Below, piece by piece: positions 1 through 12,319 of a stretch of 64,000 nt of DNA. This stretch comes from Callorhinchus milii (taxonomy: Eukaryota): assembly GCF_018977255.1 (NCBI RefSeq), contig NW_024704743.1, positions 4,776,001 through 4,840,000 of the forward strand. The letters are read 5' to 3'. The notes beneath the pieces were generated by a model, which had not been told where the DNA came from, ran no database searches, and saw only the letters and a program-made list of their open reading frames with translations. Positions within the stretch are counted from its first letter, which is position 1, and each line of letters opens with the position of its first letter. Position numbers and translations under genes: made by a program.

Positions 1-1625
1 TTGATAGACTATTGCTATTTTATTGATGAAAGCCACCTTCTTCCTTCTATCTGAATATTAATCGAGCGTCCAAAGACCTAACTGGATAATCTAAATGTGC
101 CTTATGTCTTTCGTTTTGAAACAGTGGTGTCCTTTTTTTGTTTAAAAATGAATGTTGCAACTGTTTGCTTGCGTTAAGATGATCCATGGGTTTAAAACAA
201 CCCTTGATGTTGCTTCAAGTTAGATTCGGCCATTCTCTCTTTATGTTATCCCCAAACAGAAACTATTATCTTAGTTGACCCTCATAGCTGCAGCCGCTTG
301 AGCACTAACTATTACATCCTAAATTATTAACGCTCTGAGGACTTGGAAAATGTATTCAATAGGAATAGCCGAGCCTCTTAAACCGCTTTGAAATATCATT
401 TAATTGAGAGGTCTAACCATTTTAAAGTAAACAGCTGTGATTTTCTTTTCCTGAAGACATCCCTAGTTTTACCACATCAGAAGTCTTTATTTCTAAATAT
501 GAATGGTTTCCAGTGGAACCTACCATCAAATTGTAATTTTATACCACAATGACTATGATCCTAATAATGTGCGGATACTAAAGTTATATTTTTGTTTTGT
601 TTCCTGTGTGCTTTATATTAATGTCTTGTCTGGATATCGACAAGTTGCAGTCTGCTATTTTATTGACTTCTATTTTTAATTGAAACGTGTAGTTATGTAT
701 CTCTATCTACCAGATGTAGTTGTGTTAAGTAAAGATTCTTTTGTAAATAGCCTGTTTTGAATGGTGGGGAGAGAGAGAGCGACCTGTGGGGAGTGGGGTC
801 GGGGTCGGGGGCGAGAGGAGGGATGTTGGGGGTGAGGAGGGGGGAATCAAAACTGCATGTTCTGAATTTGTTTTCTTTTTTAATGGATGGTGTTATTTTA
901 CGAAGGTGCTTTCAATCCCAAAGGGCTAGATTTTTGCCCCAGTTGCAAATGCCTCTCTCCCCCCCCCCCCCCCCCACCCCCCGAAATGGCCCCCATGTTA
1001 AGGCGATGGATAAGGGACAATGCTATTTCTCCGGTGGGGGTGGGTGGGTTGTGGCTGTGGGTTAATTAAACCAGGAAAATCCATGAACCAGCGTGGGGCA
1101 GGTGGGGGGATGTGGGGTGGGGGTGGGGGGTGCGGTAGAGAAGTCTAGTTCAGTTGGGTGGGTTTAACTGCAATTGAGGTTTAGATTTTATTTCAGTCGA
1201 GGAAAGACTTATGTTTCGGAAAAACGGGCCCCGATTATCTTTTGAAAAATCATTATATTTTCTGGGAATACTGTATATATATATATATACATATATATTA
1301 ATAAAAATCCTAAATTGCCATTTGCATCGCCTCTCCCTAACTGAGAGTGGGGATCGAGAATCTGTCAGCCCAGTTTAATTAAACCGTTGCTGCGTTATTT
1401 AAGCGCTTGGCGTAATCGAGCGCTGTGGCAGCAAGGTGGTGGGGTGGGGGGTAATGAGATGCCGCATACGGAGCCAAACCAGGCCCCACTTTGTGCCTGT
1501 TCTGAGCCCCGTCTTTGCACCTTCGGCCGTTTAAATCTTAAATCGTTCTGTTGCTAAGACGTAGCTTTGGTTGTGAACGTCCCGGATGTTGGAGTTTCTG
1601 CTGAGACACTTTCTTTACCCTCCAG

Positions 1626-1756
1626 ATGTCCCATGCAGCAACCAGTGCCTTGTGCCGATCCATAAAACTACAGTGTGAGCTTTACCCATCTCGAGAAGTG
1701 GCAATCTGCCTGGACCCCTACTGTGGCCTGGGCTTTGTTCTTTGGTGCCTCTGTAG
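1626..1756 (+). CDS. DIP2C: DIP2C internal coding exon (MSHAATSALCRSIKLQCELYPSREVAICLDPYCGLGFVLWCLC-S), 131 nt
   Basis: Acceptor ccctccag at 1625 and donor AG|gtgagc. The translation is a recognisable DIP2 AMP-binding-like region. The gene starts upstream of the window. Confidence 0.95.
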
Positions 1757-2634
1757 GTGAGCGAACGCTGCTTTCACTGTGCTTGGTAACCCCTGCCCAT
1801 CAGCTCGTAGATGTCTCAAAGCGCTTCACAGGATTTTTACTCTAAAGTGCAGTGACAACGACAGCATATATACCCAGCGCTCGTCACGCAGGGCAGGGTC
1901 TCAGACAGCGCCTAACCAACGGCGGAGCCCGATGCCAAGCTGGGGGGAAGTGCGGAGGTGACCATAAGTACAGTCGAAGAAGAAGATGATCTGCTGTGTA
2001 TTTTGCAGGACAACTTGCGCACAGCAGTGTCCCACAAAGAGCCATGAAGCAAACGATCGATTTATCTAGGGGATTGAGAGTCAGGACACCGGACACACAA
2101 ACCCGCTTCTCTTTTTCTGTTGCGCCATTTGATCTTTAACATCCACTTCAACCGGATCCTCAGCTTAACATCTCAGCTGAAGGACGGCACCTCCAACAAT
2201 GCAGTGCTCACCCCACTGCTACATGGAGTGTCGGTCTAGGCTTTATGAATGCAAAAGCCCACAACAATGTGAGAGTGCCAACAACTGAGCTAGGCCTGAC
2301 ACCCGTATCTTACAGTGTTAATTGGAAAGCGTGGCGTTAATGATGCCGGTGTTAATTATTCAACGCTCAAACGTTAGCCCCTATTTACTTGTTTGCGTGA
2401 CTGAAAAACTACGAATTGATTTTAATAAAGGAGGCTGTGCTATGGCAACAGTCTTGCGTGCAAAATTGGCTGCCACATTCGCCCATGAAATACACACGGT
2501 CACACCTCTTTACGGTATATCCTGTGAAGCGCTTTGAGACGCCTTGGTGATGTGATAAGGCGCCTTATCAAATTATATTATAATTAACAGTCTGGCAGGG
2601 AAAGGCATCGTATGGAACAACCCCCAGCCATAAT

Positions 2635-2985
2635 ACAATGCAGAATTACATTTGTAAAGCGCCTTTCACGTCGGGAGGACGTCCCGAGGCGCTGAACAGT
2701 CAGGGATTAGGACCCGGACGGGGTGGAGGAGGGGGTTGGTTGGGAATCAAGGGAGGGTGGAGGGCAGCGAGGGTGGAGAGTGACCGAAGGTACGGTCGAA
2801 GAGGAGGGTCTTGAGACGCGCCTTGAAGGAGGCGAGGGAGGGGGCGAGGCGAAGGCAATGTGGGATGGAGTTCCAGAGGGTGGGGGCAGAGAGGCTGAAG
2901 GCCCGACCGCCGATGGTGGGGCGGGCCCAGGCAGGGGTCATGGAGCAGGCCGGAACCTGCTGGGCGGAGGGAGCGGACAGGTTGA
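2635..2985 (-). mobile_element. L2 LINE 3' fragment
   Basis: ORF 2747..2941 (GGRAFSLSAPTLWNSIP...FKARLKTLLF). Confidence 0.88.
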
Positions 2986-3533
2986 AGGTCTGTGTTGCAG
3001 GTCTGTGCTTAGTTCACGCATCTTAGTTGCTGTCAAATTGTCTGTACTGCAATTGGCTTCGGGGACCTCTGGGCTAAGTAGAGGGATCTAAGCCAAGGTT
3101 CCTGCTCCAGATCACTACCCGACGACGGTTCCTTTGCCTTCACGAAGTTGCTCGAGTGAGGAACAGGTCCCTGAACAGTCAAAACAGCCCGTTGACGCTG
3201 ACTGTCAGGTTTCAGACTTGAATATTGGCTGGTCCCTGTGCGAGATATCGAAGGGTGGCTGATAATTTAACTGTTCCCCAGTCGAGAGGTTAAGGAGTGA
3301 GAGAGACACACTGGAAAGAGGAAGAGAAATATTGCGGAGGAAGGAAAGGACTGGTGTACTGATCGTTTTGTCTTTTGACCTGGAAGAAATTATGAAACGG
3401 TTATAAATTTACAACATGGGTTTTACGTATTGCTTAGTAAATATAAGGGAAAGTAAATTTGAAGAATCATGTTCACAATGCGTGGCCTAGCAGCAGGGGG
3501 TAAGCAGCCTTCTGTGGCAGAAAAAAATAATTT

Positions 3534-3870
3534 GGAGTCCTGTAGCTCAGTGGTTAGAGCACTCGCTTTGCAAGCGAGAGACCTGAGTTCAATTCCAGGC
3601 AGAGGGCGAAACCTTAGGCAAGTTTCCTTACTCCACACAGAGCCTAATAATAATCCCTCCAAAAACTAAAAAAACAATAATAAATTGGTCATTTTCAATC
3701 TACGACTGTTTGTGGGACATTGCTGTGCGCAATTGGCTGCCGCGTTCGCCCACAAATATACAGTCAATTCACTTTACAGTGTGTTCTGTGAAGCGCTTTG
3801 GGACGTCCTCCCGACGTGAAAAGCGCTATATCAAATGCAAGGATTATTATTATTATTATTATTATTATTA
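3534..3870 (+). mobile_element. Full-length young tRNA-derived SINE
   Basis: Head ggagtcctgTAGCTCAGTGGttagagcac...GAGTTCAATTCC (Pol III A and B boxes), Deu-like body, hairpin tail and (ATT)n end. Near-identical copies occur elsewhere in the window. Confidence 0.9.
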
Positions 3871-4344
3871 TCTGAGTTCATGTCGTATATAATAGCTCCC
3901 TTGCAGGAATCGACTATAACCTTCTCTTTAATAAGGCTATATAAATATGGCTCCAAATATTTTCAATATTCCATTTTCAATGGTCTGCTATGAACTGTTC
4001 ATTAAGGCATGTAGCTTAACGTAACTGTATGAAACAATAGAGATGAGCCATGTAAAGTCCCCAAGATGACTGCCACAATCATTTTTTTCAAGTGACTATT
4101 AAATTAAGAAGGCCCATCAAAAAAAAAAGACTGGGAATACTGTGTTAAGTGTGGCAGTAAATCGCTTGAGCATTAATTTACAAGCTTTGTCTGGCATGCT
4201 GGTGAGGCATGCTGAACACAACAGATGTTTAACTCTTATTGTTATTAATAATGAGTTGCATTTATATAGCGCCTTTCAAATAAAAAATATAAACTTCGTC
4301 AAGTGCCTTTGCAAGACCGAATCGATTAGAAATGTGCAAATCAT

Positions 4345-4850
4345 TGGTTAAGCTGCAGCAGGGAGCACTGCGTTCGGTTTGGGGCACCTCATTTGAGGAA
4401 AGATCTCGGAGAGGGTGCAAGAATTTACAAGGATGGTATCAGGGATGACGAGCTTTAATTATGAGGAGAGATGGCAGAGGTTGGGTCTGTTTTCATTGGA
4501 ACAGCGAAAGTTACAAAATTAGGCGGGGTTTTGACAGGGTAAATAGAAAGAGATTACTTCCATTAGGAGGGCAGTGAGGAGAGGACATAGATTAAAGGTA
4601 GTCACAAGAAAAGCGAAAGGACGATTTGTTTTTTACACTCAAGGGTTTGGGGGTAGTGGAACGCCTTGTCAGGTAAGATGGTAGAGGCAGAGTTCATTGT
4701 GGATTTCAAGAGGGAAGAGGACAGGTATATAAAGGATAAAGGTTGAAGTGGTATTGGAGGTAAGGGGCATTGAATGAACAGTTGGTTCTGAACTGGTGCA
4801 GGCCTGATGGGCTGAATGGCCTCCCTTGTGTGCAGTAAATTTCTAGGGTC
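4345..4850 (+). mobile_element. CR1 LINE 3' fragment
   Basis: Degenerate RT C-terminal region ending in tgggctgaatggcctcc...tgtg. Confidence 0.8.
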
Positions 4851-6748
4851 CTATGAAATGAAGTTAAAATCGTTAGGCTGCCAAACACAGCAGCTATTCT
4901 GTTACCGCAATCTTTCCCCCCTCCCGCCCCGAAAAAAATTGTCAAGACTGCCCCTTTCACTTCCATCAGCTCCCCTCACAACCTTCACGTGCTCCAGTGA
5001 AAATAGCCCTGAATCACAAGGCAGGTGGAACCTGAGATTTCCCAATTTCCCAATAAAAGAGTGAGGTGATGTCCAGGAAATAGATAAATAACATTATATA
5101 TAGCAAAGAATTAATACTATTAATAATAATAATCCTTGCATTTGATATCGTGCCTTATTACACCTTCGAGACGTCTCAAAGCGCTTCACAGAATATACTG
5201 TAAAGCGAATTGACTTGTATATTTTGTCCGCGAAACACGGCGGCCAATTGCGCACAGCAGTGTCCAACAAACAATTGCAGGAGTTAGTCTGTGCCAGCAA
5301 CGACCCACAAGCAACGTGTGAAATTAAAATTGGATACAGATTTCAATCAAGAAAATGATGCAGTTGATCCAACTTGGCTTTGCGCTCAAACATTCACTCC
5401 CACACAAGCCAAAAGATTAATGAGGAACCTGCATTCACTTTGAAAGGGCCATATTTCAGATAAGATGTTAATCCAAGGACCTGTCTTCCTGTCCAGATGG
5501 ATGTTAAAGAACCCATGGCAGTATTCTAAGAAAGCGCAGGATTTTATTTCAGGGTTTGGGCCAATAAACTTGTCCACTCACTCTGTGGCTGTTTGTGGGA
5601 CATTGCAATGTGTAAATTCGCTGCCAGTTTTACCCACACAACACAACTTTTTTCCATGTATCCTGTGAAGCGCTCTGAGAAGTCTCAATGACATAAGGCT
5701 CTATCACGAATGCAAGGAGCATAATTGTTAGATGCTGCATAACATACCTGAATAAAAAAGTGTATTTCTTGATTCATTTTTGTTTTACGAAGCCAAAAAT
5801 ATATAACTGTGCGCTGCAAAGTAACAGTGCTAGGTACTTTGTTGGACAATTTGAATCTAGACGAGAAAGGTCTGGCAAGCTTCCTGAAGCTGGTCCAACT
5901 AGGATTACCCTATTGGTCAGCAATTTGTCTTGACGGGAGCTGAGTGTGAAGAATCCATGCCCCCAATGCCAGGCTCCTCCAAATGCTGAGCTAGGCTGGA
6001 TGATCTGTCATTGGCAGTGCCCTAAGAGTATGGCAAATTGTGTGTGGCTCAGGAACAAGACTACCGAGACTGCCACAGAGGGTTGACCTGATTCTGACAT
6101 CCCATTACCAAAGCATGTCACATTGGAGCTAGGTCAGCTTCAAGAAGACCCTGCTTACCTCACCCTTGCCCCCCCCCTCCCCCACCTCCCATCCCATCAA
6201 AGGAGGATGAGGATATGATTCCTGTTCTTGTCTATTTTGTGGGAAACCTCTCCTGGGGTTGCAGCGTTAGGAGTTCTGGAATTTCCAAACATCTGGTGAA
6301 AACGTGAATTCCGGAAATCCACCTTCTACTCCGAACAAAACCAGACCATTTTGTCTGGGGTCCAGTTTCTGTGTTTTGTAACGCACGTAAACACGGCAGT
6401 TCATTTGCGGCTGACGAATCCGAGCGACCAGTTTTCAGAATATATCATCAAATTCACCCGTCTTATCGCCCACCCCATCTCCCTTCATGTACTATTGCAT
6501 CCCGTAATCTAGCAACCTTTGTGACTGCCACAGGAACCCTTGATGTGATGCACGCATCAGGGAGAAGGGAATAGAGGAGTATAGGAGAGGGCATAAGGAG
6601 AGGTGTTGGGAGTCTAAAACATTGGCTCAAACTCGCCAAATGACCTGTTTCCATGCTATCACGTTCCACGTAATTCTAGGTAGTCAAATCATCGCTGCTT
6701 CAGTTTGTACTTGTGCTTGTATTAACATCCAGGCGTCCTCCTTTGCAG

Positions 6749-6917
6749 TGTCTACTCGGGCCACCAGTCCATCCTCATTCCTCCCTCAGAGCTGGAGATC
6801 AATCCCTCACTCTGGCTCTTTGCAGTCAGCCAGTACAAGGTCCGAGACACCTTCTGCTCGTACTCTGTCATGGAACTCTGCACCAAGGGGCTCGGCTCGC
6901 AGACCGAATCGCTCAAG
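6749..6917 (+). CDS. DIP2C: DIP2C coding exon (VYSGHQSILIPPSELEINPSLWLFAVSQYKVRDTFCSYSVMELCTKGLGSQTESLK), 169 nt
   Basis: ctttgcag acceptor, AAG|gttaat donor. Phase 2 joins the previous exon (AG+T=Ser). Confidence 0.95.
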
Positions 6918-7239
6918 GTTAATGATTTCTTCTGTTACAAACTGTTCCTCTTGAATGTTTTGGTTTGGGTTGTAGCCGCGTTCTAATACTGGGCATCTGT
7001 TCTTATTACACCAATAAGGGAAAGCTCCCCACATTGGGAACTGTTGAGCGCTCCCAGGGCCAGTGCAGCCGTGGTGGGAGCCCACAAGGATGAGAAACTA
7101 TGGTTGAATACTTTGATGCAGGAAAGAACTCCAGACCTTTTTGAAAACAGGCTAACACACACTAGTTCCGCATTCGGCTTTGAGTACCAGTGGTGACTGT
7201 GTTGTTTGGGAGATTCATTTCGCCCAGATAAGCAGCGTA

Positions 7240-7665
7240 AGATAATAATAATAATCCTTGCATTTTTTTTACAGTGTCTTTCATGTCGTGTGGACGTCTC
7301 AAAGTGCTTCACAGGATTTTACTGTAAAATGCAGTGATTGTATATGTAGGCAAATGCAGCATCCAATTTGCACACGGCATCGTCCCACGAGCTAACCGTG
7401 AACTGAATAAGCAATTTTATTTGAGGGATTGTTGGCCAGGACACGAGGAGAAACACCCTTCTTTTTTCAAATCACGCTAATAGATTTTTAACGTCCACCT
7501 GAACAGGCAGATGAGCCCCAGATTTAATGTCTCACCTGAAGGATGTTACCTCCGTCAATACAACACACCCCCAACACTGCACTGAAGTCTCAGCCTAGAC
7601 TATATAAATTCCTTTTGTGGGACTCGAACCCACAACTACCGACTCAGAGGAGCTAGGCTGACACT
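7240..7665 (-). mobile_element. Older DeuSINE-like element
   Basis: Reverse complement of the same Deu-like core, with an (ATT)n tail at the left end. Confidence 0.7.
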
Positions 7666-7714
7666 AGGAGAAACAAAATACAATATCACGTATAACCTCC
7701 ACCTACAAAATTCG

Positions 7715-7945
7715 GTCACCCCTTTGGAACTCCACCTTACAGTCCCTCCGCCTCGCTCTCTCCCTCGCTGACTTCAAGGCACGTCTCAAAACCCTGCTCT
7801 TCGACCGAGCCTTCAGCCACCGCCCCCTGCCCTCCACCCTCCCGATCCCGACCCCCAGTTGGGGTCCAAATTCCTGATTGTCCAGCGGCTTGGAACGTCC
7901 TCCCGACGCGAAAGGCGCTTACACAAACTTAATCTTGTATTGTAG
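7715..7945 (+). mobile_element. L2 LINE 3' fragment
   Basis: ctttggaactcc...ttcaaggcacgtctcaaaaccc and the hairpin tail. Confidence 0.8.
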
Positions 7946-8079
7946 TACACTTCACAGTAAATCCTGTGAAGCACCTTGAGATGTCCTCCCAAGATGAAAG
8001 GCAAGGATTTTTATTCTATCTGATACTTAACATGTTGCAGTCTCTCCTATGATTGACGTGCGTCTGTGTTTGTTTCCAG

Positions 8080-8250
8080 GCCAGGGGCTTGGACTTGTCT
8101 CGAGTGCGGACCTGTGTGGTGGTGGCCGAGGAACGTCCTCGAATAGCACTGACCCAGTCTTTCTCCAAGTTATTCAAGGACCTGAACCTTAACCCAAGAG
8201 CTGTTAGCACATCCTTCGGCTGCAGAGTGAACCTCGCCATTTGCCTTCAG
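8080..8250 (+). CDS. DIP2C: DIP2C coding exon (ARGLDLSRVRTCVVVAEERPRIALTQSFSKLFKDLNLNPRAVSTSFGCRVNLAICLQ), 171 nt
   Basis: tgtttccag acceptor, CAG|gtagga donor. Lies within ORF 8053..8304. Confidence 0.96.
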
Positions 8251-10249
8251 GTAGGAATCTACGAGTTTGCTTTTCGGAACATAAAAAGCTTGCCCTCGTA
8301 TTGAAATTGTGCTTTTTTTTAAGTTTAAAAACGCTACGTGGCTCTTGTTTTGTCCGTCAACATCCGGCTGCTTTTTTTTCTGACATCGAAAAAGATAAGC
8401 TTATTTCCGTGTTGTGTTCATTTTGTTTTTCGCTGTAGAACCGTACAGGCGGTTGCTTGCTTTATGCTTTGCTGTGACTGTCTGAGGGAAAACAAACTCA
8501 CTTATTCCCAAAGCATGACTTTCACCGTGGCCTGCATCATGTTTATGTAACACTGATCCTGTCCTCCGTATCTTCTTTTAATTTAATGCAGCACTTATCA
8601 ATTTGTACACAATCCTTGCAAAGAGCTTTGGCAGACAGTCTCGTTATACACGTTAAATACAGATGCCTTGTGCAGTGAGTGAAGAGGCAGGGAATGGGGT
8701 TCACTGTGAATCAGTGATTGCCTTGTTGGTGATTAATTAACACATATGTAGGGATATCTCTAACCACCTGTCAGTTATACTTAAGATATAGTTAAGGGTT
8801 TGCCCTCAGTTGGCCCCAACATTTTACAGCAAAGCACAGACTGTACAGTAAATGGGGTGATAGCCTGGTGATTTGTGGAAGGCTGGGAATGGTTGGGAAC
8901 AAGTTCGTTTGCCGAAAGAGCAAATTGCAGCAAATTAAGTTTTTGGGGAAGCATCTTTTCCGCTGCCTTGGGGGAATCTAGTTTTGTATTTTGTAGGCGA
9001 ATGCGGCAGTCAATTTAAGCAACAGCCAACTGTACTCATCAATGCCCCACAAACAGCCACAAAGCCATACCCCTACAAAATACTGTGGTTTTTAGTAAAT
9101 TCGGCGAAGCACTTTGGGACGTCCTCCTGATGTAGAAGGAGTCATATCAAATGTAAGAATTATTATAACAATAATAATAATTCTTTCATTTGATATAGCG
9201 CTTTTCACGTCTTCTAGACGTCTCAAAGCGCTTCACGGCATATATTGTAAAGTGAATTGACTGTATATTTGTGGATGAAACCCGGCAGCCAATTGCGCAC
9301 AGCAGCGTCCCACAAACAGTCATGGATTGAAGTGACCGATTTTATTATTGTTTGTTTACTAGTGATATTATTATACCATTATCCCTTCCTCGGAGACCCA
9401 CACCTCCATTGTAAAGTGCTCTGAACACTATTAGCGAAAGAGAGTCTAAGAGTTCGAAATTATGAGACCAGAATGGGCTGTGGTTGGCCACAAGCAGTAA
9501 TTAACAACGTTTCTCTGATAGTTGTATCTACCGATCTGACGGGTGGCGCCAACTAATTTATGTGCGAAGGAAGTCTCATCCTGTTTTAGTGCAGATTTGT
9601 GCATTCTCTAAACTTCCTGAGCTGTTATTGAGATAGTCTAACATTCAATTGCCAGTTTTAGTCATTTTATCTCTAGGATGTGGTAACTTTTAAACGTCGT
9701 AATGCCAACAGCAACATGAATTTACACCACATCCTTTGCGTTTCACAAATACAGGGCCAGGCGTCAAGGGAGAAGGGGGAGAGGATATCTTTGTACCCCA
9801 GGTGTTTTATTTCTTATCTGATATTTCATAGACTGTGTTGATTTTTGTCTCGTGAAAGTACATTGAACTGATTTACATCATTTATGCCTGCTTGTTTGTC
9901 TTCAAAACTCAGGTATACTTCTATGCTGTGCACTTTACTGCATAAAAGTATTGCAATCGTAGCTTTCCTCCCGACTTGAAAGGCGCTATACAAATGTAAT
10001 TTTGTTGTTGTTGTTTTACTTACATTTATTTACACAGCGCTCTTAAGTAAAGGAACATCTCGAAGTGCTTTGCAACAGAGAGAATTAGTAGGCCTGAAAT
10101 GGGTATTGTTACATACAGGGCCTTCTTAATAGAATTGAAATATCCTAGAAAATATCTATTAATTCAAATTCAGTGTTCTGCATTCCAAGTAATCGTTGTT
10201 AACTTTTGGATAAAGAGGATACTGCAATTTTAAAATGTAGTTACTGTTG

Positions 10250-10560
10250 CGTGTCAGCCCGGCTCGGCTGGTAGCACTCTTGTCTCTGAGTCAAAAGGTG
10301 TGGTTCAAACCCCATGTCGGGACTTTGGAACTCATTTAGTCTAAGCTGACACTCCAGTGCAGTGCTGGGGGTGTGCTGCCGTGTCGGAGATGCCGTTGTT
10401 TGGATGAGATGTTAAACCAAGTCTGCCTGTTGAGGTGGACATGAAAGATCCTGCAAAAAGACCCAGTCACTACACTTTACAGCGTAGCGCGTGAAGCATT
10501 TTAAGACATCCTCTCTGACATGAAAAGCACTGTACCGAACGTTAAGGATTATTATTATGT
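10250..10560 (+). mobile_element. Older DeuSINE/SacSINE1-like element (internally deleted)
   Basis: ggtagcactcttgtctctgagtca head and gtcggagatgccgt...ggatgagatgttaaacc Deu-domain-like core, recognised from memory of the family. Confidence 0.7.
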
Positions 10561-12319
10561 ATGCGTGGCCTCAGACAGCGATGTGGCATTTTTAACGCTG
10601 AGAGGACAGACTGATTTAGGACGTACAGAACCATAGAAATTTCGAACACAGGAGCCCACTTGACCTGACCCACTGTGCCTGTGTTGGCTCTCTGAAAGTG
10701 CTGTCCATTCAGTCCCGTTAAATCAATTCACTTTACAGTATATTCTGTGAAGGGCTTTGCGACGTCTCAAAGACTTGATAAGGCTCTATATCAAATGCAA
10801 GGATTATTATTTATTATTATCCTGGCTTTTCACCAATACCCTGTTATATTTCTCATTTTCAGATACTATCTAATTATCTAATTCGCTCTTAAAACTTAAT
10901 AGGAATTCAGCCTCAAACATGGTCCCAGTTAGGACATTCCACATCCTAAAAACCCTTTGTGCAAAAAAAAAGGCTCTTTTGGTAATTGCCTTTTGAATTT
11001 CTGCCCCAAATTATATAGAGGGTTTGATTGCAGCAAAGCCCTAATTCGCAGCATATGTGGACTGTTACCAAACTCCATCTTAAGTGTCTCAATTCATTAA
11101 TTAATTGAAGAATCGCTTAAATTGAAGATATTTTACGTGGAGAAAATTGATACTTGACCAAGAATTTTAAATTTTTTAGCCTGTGTGCGAAAGAAAATGA
11201 ATCTGAAGTTAATTGAATTGCAGTCATTAATGATCAACCCAAGTCATTGTAAGAGAGTGTTAATACAAATTGGTACTTACACTAGGAAATAATGCTTAAA
11301 ATTAATTATATTATACTTTACAAGCTTAACCCTTTGGCCTTTTCTAACCAAGCACTCAGAGGTGAGTTATCTCCAGTGCAATTGAGTCTGTAGTCATTAT
11401 TCTGCGTTTGTGAAACCATCAGAGTAAATATATTCCTTACCTTTTGCAATTAATTCCTGTATTCAGCCGTTGTTGCTGCTGATAATAATAATTTTCCTTG
11501 CATTGGGTGTAGCACCCTTTAATATCGTGAGTGTATCCCAAAGCATTGGAGTGGCTATGTGTTTTTTGGGGTGCAATTTGGTAAAAGAAATCCCGCAAAC
11601 AGCCAAGGAGTGAAAGACCAATTTTATTTGGGGGATGGTTGGCCAGGACGCCAGGAGCAACTCCCTTTTCTTTTAGTACAGTTCACAGAATTAACAGTGG
11701 CAGCATTTATCACTCAGCTTTTTTGAGTGAATTTGTTTGACCCTTTGCTGGAGGAGATATTTTAAGACTTCAAATTCCACCTCGTCTCAGCCTGTCAGAC
11801 TGTTTTGTCATAGAATTGAAGATCGGGCAGAATTGATGAAAATTCGTCAACTGAGTTCAGTTTTAATTCGGAAGTCGGTTTTGTTTCAACAATTCGGGAA
11901 AACCTGACTTGCGACTTGGAGCTGAATTTAAGAGTTTTCCATAATTCTGCGTGATCGCTAAAGTAAAGTAAAATGGCTTTCAAGGCTAAATACCAAGTGG
12001 AATTTCAGGTCTTTAAGTTCTTGCTATCACATCAAGAGTGCCAAAGAAGAAACAAATTTCTAAACCAGAATGTAAATATTGTCGCATGTGGTGATTTGGA
12101 TGTGTCCAAGAATAGACAAGAAGCGCAGAATTGTCCGTCTCATTTCCCTTCTAAGCTTCCTGCGATGGTAATAATAATAATAATAATCCTTGCATTTGAT
12201 ATAATGCCTTACCTGGTCTTCGAGACGTCTCAAAGCGCTTCCACAGAATATACTGTAAAGTGAATTGACTGTATATTTTGTGGACGAAACGCGGCAGCCA
12301 ATTGCACACGGCAATAACG

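Noticed and set aside
3534..3610. tRNA gene (A and B boxes, TGC at the anticodon position)
   Set aside because: It continues directly into a SINE body and tail and recurs many times, so it is a SINE head.
8430..8460. Acceptor-like tttttcgctgtag shortly after a DIP2C exon
   Set aside because: Available donors give 4, 10 or 13 nt, none frame-preserving, and all are weak.
9860..9920. AG-free tract ending ctcag|gtatac (recursive site or exon)
   Set aside because: Mediocre donor, and an exon starting there reaches TAA within 11 codons.
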